Shown here piece after piece: positions 44,860 through 59,836 of a stretch of 64,000 nucleotides of DNA. The stretch comes from Octopus vulgaris. Taxonomy: Eukaryota. The position numbers were made by a program, and so were the translations under genes. Below the pieces are notes generated by a model, which did not search any database, was not told where the DNA came from, and saw only the letters and a program-made list of their open reading frames with translations. Positions within the stretch are counted from its first letter, which is position 1, and each line of letters opens with the position of its first letter. The stretch is from NCBI GenBank assembly GCA_951406725.2, contig OX597826.1, forward strand, positions 47,988,001 to 48,052,000, given 5' to 3'.

Positions 44860-45568
44860 GCTACTACTGCTGCTGCTGCTGCTGCTGCTATTTCATAATT
44901 CTTTACCTATAATTCCTCAATCCTGATGATATTTGCATTTCCCTCTTTGTGCATTCAATATGTGTATGCATGTGTGTGTTTATATACATGCGTACATGCA
45001 TGTCAGCTTGTGTATATATGCATGCATACATGCTAATGCAACAGCACCTGTACAGTTTTACTTACCTATGCATGCATGTACTACGCAAAGACATATTGCA
45101 CACACATAAACATACACACACACACAAAAACACAGACACACAGACTCATTCACTCACACACACATATATATATATAGAAAGAGATAGGCACAGATAGATA
45201 GATACATACATATATATATGTATGTTTCTGTGTGTACAAAAACGAATCAAGAAAGTATACATGTATGTAAAGATACATTCACACACATACACATCCATAA
45301 ACATACAAAATCATTCATACACGCATGCACACCTTACATATATATATATGCACAAACAGGTATATATATATATATATATGCGCCTACATATATGTGTGTG
45401 CATACACATATATGTGTATGTGTGTGTGTATATATATATATACACATGCACACACGTGTGTGTATATATGTATATATATATATAACTCTGTCTTCAGATT
45501 TCCTTTCTTTTTTTTGTACTGAGCACCCCTGAGGCCCGACCATTATGTTTATTGCTATTATTGTTTTC

Positions 45569-45603
<35 letters not shown>

Positions 45604-46618
45604 TAATAATAATATTCTTATTCTTACCATCATCATCACATCATCATCACTCTCACCATCATCATCATTGTTCTCTTCATCATCATCATCTTCATTGCCA
45701 TCATTGTCATCATCATCATCTTCAAGATCAACACCAACAGCATCACCACCACCAGCAACAGCAGCAGCAGCAGCAGCAGTAGCAGCAGCATATATTACAA
45801 TCCTACATTCACACACGTACATAGAGTTAAGAACACTTTCGCTTTCAGTTCTCTGTAATGTTTATGTTTACCATATATGGTATGTCACAAGTATATTGTC
45901 TCTCTCTTTGACTGACCTTACTTATTGTCAGAGAAGGAGAATCTCTTTGATTCTTCATTCCATCATCACTCATTGATTGGCTAAGAATACATACTATTCT
46001 ACAGCACCATTGTTGCAGACCAACAATAAGAATTAGGCCCTGCAAACGGTTTCCTTGCAAAAGGAATAACACGACAGAATATGGTTTAAGAATATTCTCT
46101 AACTTTCTCCGGGCTCTTTGAGTTTTGTTCTATTGTGTACGCTGACAATGCAAAAGATTATATAATAACTCTTTTCTGTTATATGCTATTGATGTCTTGG
46201 ATTATGGTAAAAGATAGAATCTTGAATAAAAGCCCAAAGTTTTAGAATGCAACTGTCATCTAGAGGATAGCCCTAAATATGTGTGGCGGAAGGAATGGAG
46301 ATTTGTGTGGTGCATGGGTGTACGTTGGATGAGAAAAGGTGAGGCAGAGAAAGAAGGAAATAGAGAGAGAGGAAGAGAAAGAAAGAAATAGAGACAGAGA
46401 GAGACAGAGAGAGAGAGAGAAGGAGAAGGAATGTGAGGGAGAAGCAGTGAAGGAAAGTAAGAGAAGGTAGTTCTCATCAGTTACTTACTTTCTCATCCTG
46501 GATACCATAATTCTCTGTTTATGTACACAAAAGCATTTTCATTCATTGTGTCTTTCCATGCACCATCATTGTATGCACGTATGCTGCCGCTTTCCATTCT
46601 ATTGTGATATAGGTATGC

Positions 46619-46649
<31 letters not shown>

Positions 46650-46764
46650 TGCACACACATGCACATATATACTATTTGTGTATGTACATGTAGGTAATAA
46701 TATGCACATAGATATAAGCTTCTTTATATATTTTTGTATATAATTATGCATACATTCATTCATG

Positions 46765-46809
<45 letters not shown>

Positions 46810-46940
46810 TTACTGTGTGTGTTTGTGTGTGTACATGAGCACCATTATATGTATACATACTTCTGGTGCCTGGTTGGCCATCATGACATCAATAGCAATA
46901 AACATACATATATATTCATATATATATGCCTATATATATA

Positions 46941-46987
<47 letters not shown>

Positions 46988-47060
46988 ATATATATGTATG
47001 TATATATATATGTATGTATATATATATATGTATATGTATATATGTATATATTTATATATG

Positions 47061-47092
<32 letters not shown>

Positions 47093-47106
47093 TGTATGTA
47101 TATGCA

Positions 47107-47145
<39 letters not shown>

Positions 47146-47188
47146 ATGCATATATGTATATATATATATATATATGTATGTATATGCA

Positions 47189-47231
<43 letters not shown>

Positions 47232-47234
47232 GCA

Positions 47235-47270
<36 letters not shown>

Positions 47271-47518
47271 ATATGCATGTATATATACATATATACATAT
47301 ATATATGTATATATATATATTCATATATGTATATGCATACATGAATGCATATAGTGTATAATATACTCATGCATTCATACATGCGTTTTATGGTAAATAT
47401 ACACACCGCTCAGCAACAAAATACCTATTTATTATTTACTGACAATCATATGCTTCGTATTGTAATCTGACAAATATATATATATATATACACACATACA
47501 TATATGTGCATGTATGTG

Positions 47519-47569
<51 letters not shown>

Positions 47570-48414
47570 TCATATATACAAATATATACATATGTATGCA
47601 ACTGTTGTGTATGATCAAAGCATGGCAATATAGTCAGAAAGAACTACTTCAGTGGGTCTTTGTAGATTTATGAATGTATTGTGCATTGTTGATGTTGCAT
47701 TGATGGTGGTTTAATGATGATTGTTGCTTCCACATGCATAAGGTAACACAGAAGCTGGTACACAGGCATTGAGTGGTTTTGTGGTTGTGGAGTATTGTTG
47801 AAGCCAGATGGCCAATGGTTTTTGCCTGTGAGTCTATTACATGATGCATGCAAGAAAAAAGTAGCTAAAACCTTAAAAAACCTTTTTTTTTTACCAAAGA
47901 GGGAGTTTTTTCTTTGTTGTTTGCCATTCTAAAAGCAGCAGCCAAAATCGAGTGAGTATTGTCCTAAAAGGCAAAATCAGAATTTTTTTTTTTATCTCTT
48001 GCTTGTTTCGGTCATTAGACTGCTGCCATGCTGAGGCACCACCATGAAGAATTTCTAGTCAAATGAATTAACCCCAATACTTGTTTTCATTTTGTTCTTT
48101 TAAACCCTGGTTCACATTCTGTCACTCTCTTTTCCTGAACAGCTAGGTTACAGGGACATAAACACATGAACACCAGTTGTCAAGTGAGGTGGTTGATGGG
48201 ACAAACACAGACACAAAGACACACAATCGCACATACATGTTATGATAACACACTTGTCACAAAAACAAAGGGCTATGAGTTCAAGTCCTATGCATACAGA
48301 AAACTCTACTTTTTTTCTGTCAAGGATGTATAAGCCCTAATATTAGACTATTTTCTTTTGTTATTACACGGTAGTCGCTTATAAGCTTAAGGCTTATACA
48401 CTTTTACTCACATA

Positions 48415-48676
48415 CTTGTATCAGTCATTTGACTGTGCCCATGTTAGAGCACTGCCTTTAGTCGAGCAAATCGACCACAGAACTTATTCTTTGTTAGCCT
48501 AGTACTTATTCTATCGGTCTCTTGTGCTGAACCACTAAGTTACGGGGACGTATACACACCACCATCAGTTGTCAAGTAATGTTGTGGAGACAAACACAGA
48601 CACACAAACATATACACGCATACATATATATATATATACATTTATACGACAGGCTTCTTTCAGTTTCCATCTACCA
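48415..48676 (-). mobile_element. SINE family A 3' portion
   Basis: Family homology. Confidence 0.8.
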
Positions 48677-49157
48677 TTTATAACAGTAACATTTTAAGCA
48701 CCTTTAATAATAAATCTATCTGATAAAACCTAGCTGGGCTAAAATTTACAACTTCAACAGAAACATGTAATGGCAGAATCATTTGCACGCCAGGCATGAT
48801 GCTGGGCAGCATTTTGTTTGTCTTTGCAATCTCAGGTCAAATTCCACCAAGATAGACTTTGCCTTTTGTCCTTTCGGTGTCAATAAAATAATTACTAGTT
48901 CAACACTGGAGTTGATGAAATCGACTTACCTTTACCCTAAAATTGCTGGCCTTGTGCCAAAATTTGAAACCATTATTATTATCATTTCTGATTTAGGCAG
49001 AAGGCTAGGGATTTTAATAGGAGGATGGTCTATGCCTCCAACCCCGTAATTATTATGATGAATGAACAAAAGCTAGAATGACTTTAATGAAAGTGTTCAA
49101 AGTATAACACTTGAAAGTAAAGGGAAAGTGTATTTTACATTTCAAATACTAGTCCTT

Positions 49158-49615
49158 CATCATCATCATCATCGTTTAACGTCCATTTTCTGAGCTAGCA
49201 CGGGTTGGACGGTTCGATCGGGGTCTGGGAAGCCAGGAGGCTGCACCAGGCTCCAGTCTGATCTGACAGTGTTTCTACAGCTGGATGCCTTTCCTAACAA
49301 CAACCACTCTGTGAGTGTAGTGTGTGCTTTTTACGTGCCACCAGCACAGGTGCCAGGGGAGTCTGGCAGCGGCCATGATCGGTTGGTGCTTTTAACGTGC
49401 ACGGAAGCCAGTCAAGGCGGCGCTGACATCGGCCACGTTCAGATGGTACTTTTTACGTGCCGCCGGCACAGAAGCCAGTCAAGGCGGTGCTGGCATCGGC
49501 CACGTTCGGATGGTGCTTTTTATGTGCCACCAGCACAGGTATCACAACTACTATTTCCATTGATATTTATTTCGATATTCATGTACTTGACTCAATAGGT
49601 CTCCTCAAGCACAGC
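49158..49615 (-). mobile_element. Family D element with internal ~60-bp tandem modules
   Basis: catcatcatcgtttaacgtcc tail; ggtgctttttacgtgcc-like module four times (~49324, 49386, 49445, 49513). Confidence 0.75.
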
Positions 49616-51239
49616 GGAAAGGAGAAAAGTAGGTGGATAGTAGAAGGAAAATGTGTACAGGCTAGGTTGAAATGAGGCTCCATGAGGGTGGAGTTAGGAA
49701 GAGAAGAAGAGGAGGTGAGGTAGTGTATGCTTGTATAGGTGGTAGCTTTGTAGGGAGGTGGACAAAGCAGATGTGTGAGTGGAATGGGACATTGGTGTGT
49801 GGAGGTATGTAAGTGGTGAAAGGTGCAGTTATTTGTTTCAGATGTGTGGAAGTGTTAGTGTGGGATAGATAGAGGTTGTGGGAGGAGGAACTGAGTAGCT
49901 GTGAATGTGATGTTACACAGGTAGTTTATTTTATTGACCTCAAGGGGATGAAGGCAAAGTTGACTAGCTTTTTCTCAACCAGAACTTAACTCTTTATGCT
50001 CTCCAACTCTGTTGACTCTTCAATGATACATCAAGCTGCTCCTGAAAAAAATGAGACATAAAAAATTGTCAAATTTAACCCAAACACCCTGCATATATAA
50101 ACAACAGGCTTCTTTCAGTTTCTGTCTACCAAATCCACTCACAAGGCATTTGTCAGCCTGAGGCTATAGTAGAAGACGCTTAACCAAGGTGCCAAGCAAT
50201 GGGACTGAACCAGGAACCATGTGGTCAGGATGCAAACTTCTTACCAAACAGCTATGCTATACATTTATAAACATACTCACATACACATACATAAACATAT
50301 ATATATGACAAGCTTCCTTCAGTTTCCACCTCCTAAATCCGCTCACAAAGCATTGGTTAGCCTGAAGCTACAGTAGAAGACACTTGCCTAAGTTACAACA
50401 CAGTGGGACTGAACCCGGAACCATGTGGTTGGGAAGCAAGCTTCTTACCACACAGCCATACCAGCACATATCCACAAATAAGCTCATACATTCATACACT
50501 CGTACATACTGCACTCAAGAGATTTTTCAAGGTCAGTTTAACAGTGAAAAACTCTACAGAAACCATCAAATTAAATCCATCTCTATAACACATCTGCTAC
50601 ATATTTTTCAAAATAACTGTTTTGTTTCGTTTTGTTTTGTTATTTTCTTCTTTGTTTTTCTTACCTTCTTTTTTTTTTGTTTTTAGGTATCTTCCATGCA
50701 GTAACATTAGCAACTGTTTCGTTCCATTACTTAACCTGCGCAGAGAACTAATGACAAATGTGATTTTATATATAAACAGAAAATTAATGGAAAATTGTCT
50801 TGAAACAAAATAGACAAAACAAAAGTAACTATTTCGAGCTGAGATGGGTATTTGTTCGTTTCTGCTTCTTGTTTTTGTTTATCATCATCACCACCATCAT
50901 CATCATCATCATCAACATCATCATCATCATTACTAATATCATCATCATCATCATCATCATCGTTATTATTATTATTGTTGCTGTTGTTTCGTTTTGATTT
51001 ATTTGTTGGTTTGTTGTTTTTCCGTGTATTTTATTTTATTTTATTTTTTTGTATTCTTGCTTTGCTTTCGTCTTTGATGAGAAGTCTTGCAATAGAATAA
51101 ATAATCTTTAATGACTAATATACCCGACGGTGTTTTGTAAAATAGATAGAGATTTCTTCAAGAAAATTGCAAATACTATTTCTATTAATTAAAACAACTT
51201 GCTGGCAATCAAAACATTTCAAAACTATTTAATTAAGAA

Positions 51240-51244
51240 AAATA

Positions 51245-51299
<55 letters not shown>

Positions 51300-51507
51300 G
51301 TGACGATGCAAATAATAATAATGATTTGGAAAACAACAAAAACAAAAGACAATTGAAAAGTTAAATCAAAATGGAAATAAACATAAAATAATAATAATAA
51401 TAATAATAATAATAAGAGTAATAATAATAATAATAGCAATGATAATAATAATAATAATAATAGCAATGATAATAATAACAATAATAATAATAATAATAAT
51501 AGCAATG

Positions 51508-51540
<33 letters not shown>

Positions 51541-51570
51541 GCAATAATAATAATAATAATAATAGCAATG

Positions 51571-51639
<69 letters not shown>

Positions 51640-51669
51640 GCAATAATAATAATAATAATAATAGCAATG

Positions 51670-51709
<40 letters not shown>

Positions 51710-51758
51710 TAATAATGATAATAATAATACCAATGATAATAATAATAATAATAATAAT
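51240..51758. repeat. (AAT)n microsatellite with recurrent agcaatg interruptions
   Basis: Directly visible. Confidence 0.95.
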
Positions 51759-52024
51759 CCCTTAAACACCTCTGGAGTTATTTCTATGTGATTAAATTTC
51801 TGAAACACGTTCTTGATAGAAGAAAAGCAACAGTTGCTGTTGAGCTCTGCTAATTTAGCTGTTTCTACTAACGATGGCTTAAATAATGAATACTTCTCTA
51901 TTAATTCGTCTATTTAGCACACTGCATCTGTTTCTTTGTTAACTAATAAACATAGTGCATATACCTATCTATTTATCTGTCTGTCTTCTTGTATATGTAA
52001 GTACATATGTTCATACGTATGTAA

Positions 52025-52055
<31 letters not shown>

Positions 52056-52171
52056 TGTATGTATGTATGTATGTATGTGTGTATGTATGCCATTATTCAG
52101 TTTTATTTCAAGATTTCTTGCCAATAGAGAAAGAGCTGATTTCTAACCTAGATCCAAGGCTCTTTCATTAG

Positions 52172-52227
<56 letters not shown>

Positions 52228-52246
52228 ATATGTATACATATATATA

Positions 52247-52662
52247 CAGGAGTGGCTGTGTGGTAAGTAGCTTGCTAACCAACCACATGGTTCCGGGTTC
52301 AGTCCCACTGCGTGGCATCTTGGGCAAGTGTCTTCTGCTATAGCCCCGGGCCGACCAATGCTTTGTGAGTGGATTTGGTAGGTGGAAACTGAAAGAAGCC
52401 TGTCGTATATATGTATATATATATATATATGTGTGTGTGTATGTGTTTGTGTGTCTGCGTTTGTTCCCCTAGCATTGCTTGACAACCAATGCTGGTGTGT
52501 TTACGTCCCCATACCTTAGCGGTTCGGCAAAAGAGACCGATAGAATAAGTACTGGGCTTACAAAGAATAAGTCCTGGGGTCGATTTGCTCGACTAAAAGG
52601 CAGTGCTCCAGCATGGCCGCAGTCAAAATGACTGAAACAAGTAAAAGAGTCAAGAGTAGAGT
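52247..52662 (+). mobile_element. SINE family A
   Basis: Family homology. Confidence 0.88.
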
Positions 52663-52688
52663 ATATATATATATATATTGTATATATG

Positions 52689-52760
<72 letters not shown>

Positions 52761-52778
52761 CATATATGTATATATATG

Positions 52779-52886
<108 letters not shown>

Positions 52887-53267
52887 GTGAGTGTGTGGTA
52901 AGAAGTTTGCTTTCCAACTTCTTGGTTCCAGATTTAGTCCCACTGTGTGACACCTTCTACTATAGCCACAGGCTGACCAAAACCATGAGAGTATATTTGA
53001 TAGACAGAAGGTAAACAAACCCCATCATGTGTGTGCGTGTGTTTGTTCCCTACCACTACTTGACAGCTGGTTTTGATGTGTTTATGTTCCCATACCTTAG
53101 TGGTTCAGCAAAAGACTGATAGAGAGAATAAGTACTTAGCTTCAAAAAATATTTTTTAAATCTATAGGGATCAATTCATTTGACTAGAATTCTTCTCAGT
53201 GGTGCACCAGCATGGCCATAGTCTAATGCATGAAAGAGGTAAAAAATAAAAGAATATATATATACAT

Positions 53268-53325
<58 letters not shown>

Positions 53326-53436
53326 CCTGCTCGATTAGCCAGTGGGGTGGCGTCATTCAAAGGCTAAAAAAACAATGTGAACGCATTGTGATCAGCGATG
53401 TGTAACAACATCTGATGGTCTGGTCGGTCATGTGAT

Positions 53437-53483
<47 letters not shown>

Positions 53484-54130
53484 GAGGCACAATGGCCAAG
53501 TGGTTAGGGCAGCGGACTCGCGGTTGTAGGATAGCGGTTTTGATTCCCAGACCAGGCGTTGTGAGTGTTTATTGAGCGAAAACACCTAAAAGCTCCACGA
53601 CGCTCCGGCTATAGTAGAAGACACTTGCCAAAGGTGCCATGCAGTGGGACTGAACCCAGAACTCCTTCTATATATATATATGTGTGTGTATATATGTATG
53701 TTTGTATGTATGTATGTATATATAAAATCTCATTTGCTGTTCTCTTTTTTACCTTTTTTGGTATGACATTCTGTGATTTGTATTATTTGGTAAAGCTTCA
53801 AAGTTAAGAAATTTTCAAGAATTACCACCTTCATAATTTTATTCCAAACACATAAGCTGTGAGAGTGAATTGAAACCAAATCAGTTTTTTTCATTGCCCT
53901 ACAGCCCTCCAATCTTTATCTAGAGTGATTGCCATTGTATAATTAATTAAGTGTTCTTTATTAATTTGCAGAACTGAGATCAAGTCACACTATGTTTCGA
54001 GACCATGATAAAACACAATCAATCTGGGAATCTTGTTTTAACTAATTCTAACACCACTGCATTGCAGAATAGCGATACCTAAAATAAAAAAAAAAAATGC
54101 ATCATCATCACTAGTAGCATCACTATCAGT

Positions 54131-54161
<31 letters not shown>

Positions 54162-54424
54162 GAGTAGTCATTATTATCATCATCCCTATCATCATGTTGA
54201 TGGTGCCTATATTATCCCCCTCATCACTGCCACCACCACCACTACCATCATCATCATCATCATCACTACCACTGTCAACATCACACTTTTTATTTGAATT
54301 TTAAAAAATTTGTTATATATTTTTTCTTTTTTTTTTAGTAATTTTCATTTTCGTTGTAAAATTTAGCATTTTTGTTCAATTTCTAATTTAGTGTTGAATA
54401 AATCATTTTTAACTTTGTCATAAA

Positions 54425-55753
54425 TATCACACACATACACACATATACACACTCATATACACACACATATACACACATGCACATGTGCACACACACATGC
54501 ATGCATATGCCAATGCATAGACATGCACAATCATGCAAATACATACAGCAACATGCACACACACACACACCCAAATAAACATAAACACAAGCATATACCC
54601 ACACTGACACATACTCATTCTCACATTCACACACATACACACTCACAGACTCATACACACTCGCATGCACACACATACATACAAACACATACACATGCAC
54701 ATATACACACACTCATGCATTCATGCATGTACATCCATATACACACACGCAGATACACAAACTCACCATGCATGAACACACACATGCACACATACATACA
54801 CACATGCTCATACTCGTTCTCACATTCACACACCAAAACACTAACAGCTACACTCACACACACACACATACACAAACTCATTCTTACATTCACACATATA
54901 CACACTCACAGACACTCACACACACACACACATTCACACACATACATACACATACACACAAACACATATACTGATACAAACACAAACTTACCATACATGC
55001 ACACACACACATACACACACTTACACATACACACACACACACACTGATAAACACACACACACACTGATAAACACACAAACACCATACATACACACACACA
55101 CACATATACACACATGCACATACTCGTTCTCACATTCACACACACACTCACAGACACACACACACTCACATGCACTCACATACATACACATACACATCCA
55201 CACACATGCACACACTCACTGATACATACACAAACTCACCATACATGCACACACACATGCACACACACTGATACACACACAAACACCATACATGCACACA
55301 CACAGACTGATATACACACACAAACACCATACATGCACATGCACACACACACATGCACATACTCATTCTCACATTCACACACATACACACTCACCGACGC
55401 TCACACACACACACTCACATGCACTCACATTCATACACACACACACACACTGATACATACACAAACTCACCATGCATGCACACACACACACTCACACACA
55501 CACACTCACATGCACTCACATACATACACACACATACACATTCACACACATACACATCCACGCACACAAACATAATACATGCACATGCACACACACACAC
55601 GCACACACACATGCACATACTCATTCTCACATTCACACATATACACACTCACAGACACTCTGACACACACACACATCCCATACATGCATGCACACATTCA
55701 CACACACACACATACATGCACACATTGATACACATACATCCACATACAAACAT

Positions 55754-55800
<47 letters not shown>

Positions 55801-55808
55801 CACACACT
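54425..55808 (+). repeat. CA-rich satellite with ~250-bp higher-order periodicity
   Basis: Motif tactc(a/g)ttctcacattcacaca...cactcacagac recurs at ~54613, 54811, 54876, 55121, 55360, 55618. Confidence 0.8.
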
Positions 55809-56044
55809 CTATTTCTGATCCCTTCCATTCATAGTATGAACACAAATGACAACTCCTACCACAGTCACTGCCCCCACCATCACCACCAACAACTACAACA
55901 ATAATTCTGCTACTGCCATCAGTGCCACCACCACGACCACCTCCATCATCACTCATCTGTATCACCAACACTATAACCACTACTACTACTATCAATATTA
56001 CCACCACCACCACCACCACCACACCACCACCACTACCACCACCG

Positions 56045-56147
<103 letters not shown>

Positions 56148-56179
56148 TAATAATAACAGTAATAATAATAATAATAATG

Positions 56180-56887
56180 GTTTCAAATTTTGGCCCATGG
56201 TCAGCATGTTCAAAAGAGGTGGTAAGTTGATTACAGCAACCCCAGTACTCAACTGGTGCTTATTTAATCAATTCTGAAAGGATGAAAGACAAAGTCAACC
56301 TTGGCAGAATTTGAACTCAGAATGTAAAGACAGACGAAATGCTGTCAAGCATTTTCCCCATGGTGCTAACAAATCCTCCAGCTTGCCACCTTAATATTAA
56401 TAATAATAATAATAATCCTTTCTACTAAAGGCACGAGGCCTGAAATTTGGAGGGAGGAGACTAGTTGATTATGTCAGCCCCAGTGTTTCACTGGTATTAT
56501 TTAGTTTATCAACCACAAAAGGATGAAAGGCAAAATCAACCTTGGTGGAATTTGAACTCAGAATGTAAAGACGGATGAAATGCTGCTAAGCATTTTGCCT
56601 GATGTTTTAATGATTCTGCCAGCTCACCATAGCAATAATAATAATAATAATAGTAATAATAATAATAATAATAATAATGATTTCAAATTTTGCCACAAGG
56701 GCAGCAGATTGGAGTGAGGGGATGAGTCAATTACATCAACCCCAGTGCATAACTAGTACTTATTTTATTGACCCTGGAAGGATGAAAGGTAAAGTTGACC
56801 CCGGTGGAATTTGAACCCAGAACGTAGCAGGAAACAAAATAGTGCTAAGCTTTTCACACAATGTGCTAACAATTCTGCCAGCTCACC

Positions 56888-56890
<3 letters not shown>
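56180..56890 (-). mobile_element. Three head-to-tail SINE B copies separated by (AAT)n
   Basis: Family homology. Confidence 0.82.
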
Positions 56891-56921
<31 letters not shown>

Positions 56922-56944
56922 TAATAATAATAATAATAATCATA

Positions 56945-57525
56945 ACAGGTTGTGGCAATATGGCCAGGTAGTTAAAGTGCTACATTGGAAACTGAGCGAA
57001 AAGTGGTGGCTAGAGAGAGGCAAGATGTGGTACGAACAAACCGCAGAGAGTGGCAGAGTTGGAGACTAGCAAAATCCTCTGGGATTTCCTGATCCAAACA
57101 GATCAGGTGCTAGAGCATAACAGACTGGACCTAGTGGTGGGGGACAAGGTGCACCACATATGCTAAACAGTTGATGTTGCATGCCTCTTTGACCCACGAA
57201 TAGTCAAGACGAAAAGCAAAAAAATAGATTGATACAACCCTCTTAAGTACGAAATATCCCAGCTATGGAAAATGAAGAAGGTGAAGATAGTGCCAATTAT
57301 TGTTGGGTCCTTGGGAACAGTATCAAGAGGAATATAAAGGAAATTGGAATAGAGGGCCCAGTAGAACTGTTACAAAAGGTTGGCCTCCTTGGCACAGCCA
57401 GAATAATCAGAAAAGAATTAGGTAGCTGAAAAGAACAGATAGCATGGTACCATAGGCTGCAGGTAGTAAGCCCGCTATGCATGCAAGACTCCAGGAGCTC
57501 CAACAAAACCTGTGATAAAGAGAAA
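56945..57525 (+). mobile_element. 5'-truncated R4/Dong-like RLE retrotransposon within (AAT)n
   Basis: Disrupted peptide VVKVLHWKL..MWYE..KILWDFLIQTDQVLEHNRLDLVV..VDVAC..YNPLKYEISQLWKMKKVKIVPIIVGSLG; (AAT)n on both sides. Confidence 0.82.
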
Positions 57526-57544
57526 TAATAATAATAATAATAAT

Positions 57545-57735
57545 CATTTCTACTAGAGGCACAAATCCTGGAATTTTGAGGGAGGGAACGACTTGATTAC
57601 GTTGACCCCAGTGTTTTGCTGGTACTTAATTTATCGACCACAAAAGGATGAAAGGCAAAGTCGACCTTGGCAGAATTTGAACTCAGAATGTATAGGCAGA
57701 TAAAATACCGCTAAACATTTTGCCTGGCGTGCCAA
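57545..57735 (-). mobile_element. SINE family B
   Basis: Family homology. Confidence 0.8.
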
Positions 57736-59397
57736 GTGGTAGTAATACTAATACTAATACCACTACAAATACTATTATTGTTAATAGCATTTCATCAATA
57801 TTATCATCATGACTACCATCACTATCACCACCACGACCACGACCACCACAACCACAACCACTACAAGCAACATCACCTCTACCACTACCACCATCACTAC
57901 CACTACCACTGCACAGCCATTAACACAACTAACACCACCATCACTACCACCACCACTACTGCCACCACCACTACCACAACTACCACCACCACAAGACCAT
58001 TAACACAGCTACCACCACACTACCACCACCACCAACGCCGCTACATACCATTATACAAACTACACAATGTAAGTTCCTCAAAATTAATATATCAAATTAA
58101 TAAATGCTGAAGTCCCAAATTCCTGCAATAAACTGACATTAACAACAACAACAACAACAACAGAATACAAAACAGCAATCATGTCGACAATGACACCACC
58201 AAGAACAATGATAAACAAATAAAAAGCATATATTCACAGATACACAGATATGTGTGTGTACGTGTGTGTGAGCGTATGTATATATATATGTACATATAAT
58301 ATATGTACATATAATATATGTACATATAATATATATACATATACATATATGTGTGTTTGTGTGTATATATATATACATGCATATATATATATATACATGC
58401 ACTCACATACATACACAGTACTTATGATACACAATCACATAAATATACGGAGACACACATGTGCAAATGTATGTATATATATATACACATACGTTCATAC
58501 ATGGATGCACATGCATACACATATGCAATATACATGCATTCAGGAATACACACAGATTCAGACACACACACACACACACACACACACACCTGTATGCACA
58601 TGTACATACATACGCATGTACAGTACACATCTACATGCATGCACAAACACACACATGAACATACATACATACATACATACATAGTGAACTTCTCAACTGC
58701 AAGGTTTTGGGTTCAATCCTACCATGAAGCAGCCTGGCTAAATGTCTTCTTAGGTCTTATGAGTGGATTTTAGTTAGCAGAAACTGAAAGAAGCTATGGC
58801 CAAGCCTGTTCTTTCTTTGTTGGTCTGGCCATTGTCCGTGCAACATCGATATTCTTCCCCGTGTTTGTGAAATCTTGTATCCCTGCCATAAGGCTTCATT
58901 TCCACACACGCCAGCTGAATTTAATTTGTCCTTAGTCGAAAGACACCTGTTGTTATGTCCTGTTTATTTTATTGTATTTGTGTAGCATTATCCATTTTTT
59001 CCGTTTTTGTTTTTGTATATATTCACTGCTTTCTTCCAAGGAATCTAATGCTCTTAGCTTAGTTTTTCCTTGGAGCTGGCCAGATTGAAGCAATCTCAAG
59101 TATAATCAGCCGAAATTGCGAAAATAATCTGATACTCGACTGAAAAAAGTAAACTTTGAATGACCCATCCTTGTTTTCTTTGTATCGTCTATCTGGATGT
59201 TTTGTTGTCCCATTTTTATATCACTTAACTGTCCAGATGTTTTGCATTGTTGTCCCTTTTATTTTTTATATATACACATATATATATACATGTAGTTAAT
59301 CCTAAAAACAAGGAAAAATGCAACAAGAAAAAACAACAATGTGAGAACATGGTACTTGCAAAGTATCAGCAGACGTTCAGGGAAGGAAAGAAAAGTA

Positions 59398-59432
59398 GTT
59401 TTATGTTTCTAGCAAAGCTCTTCATCAGAAAC
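59398..59432 (-). ncRNA. Degenerate minimal type I hammerhead ribozyme (PLE-type)
   Basis: Minus strand gttt CTGATGA agagc ttt gcta GAAAC ATA aaac: stem I gttt/aaac and core intact; stem II and stem III each carry a substitution. Confidence 0.55.
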
Positions 59433-59805
59433 AGGAGACAGAGGGAAGTCCAAGAGAAAAGAAGACGGAGGAAAAAATATATATCAGAGATGTGTGACCT
59501 AGGTAGACAAGGTAGGCAGTGCCTGCCTTGAATGAAATAGATTGATAGCAACATTATCCTCTCATGGAAAAATATGCACCTAATTCAATAAAATTAGGTG
59601 CACCAGAAGGTTAGTCTGATTACAATGCATAAAATGCAAAATATTTTATTTTCTTGTAGATTAGGTAGCATAATTCAACCCTGCTTTCCAATCTCAGTAT
59701 TTAAGCTATGCATAGTACTGCTGTAGAAAATTTGGTTTAAATGTTTGACAACATTTAAATGTCTGACAACTCAGCACTGTCCATTGGACAAGGGGCGTTT
59801 TGCTC

Positions 59806-59836
<31 letters not shown>

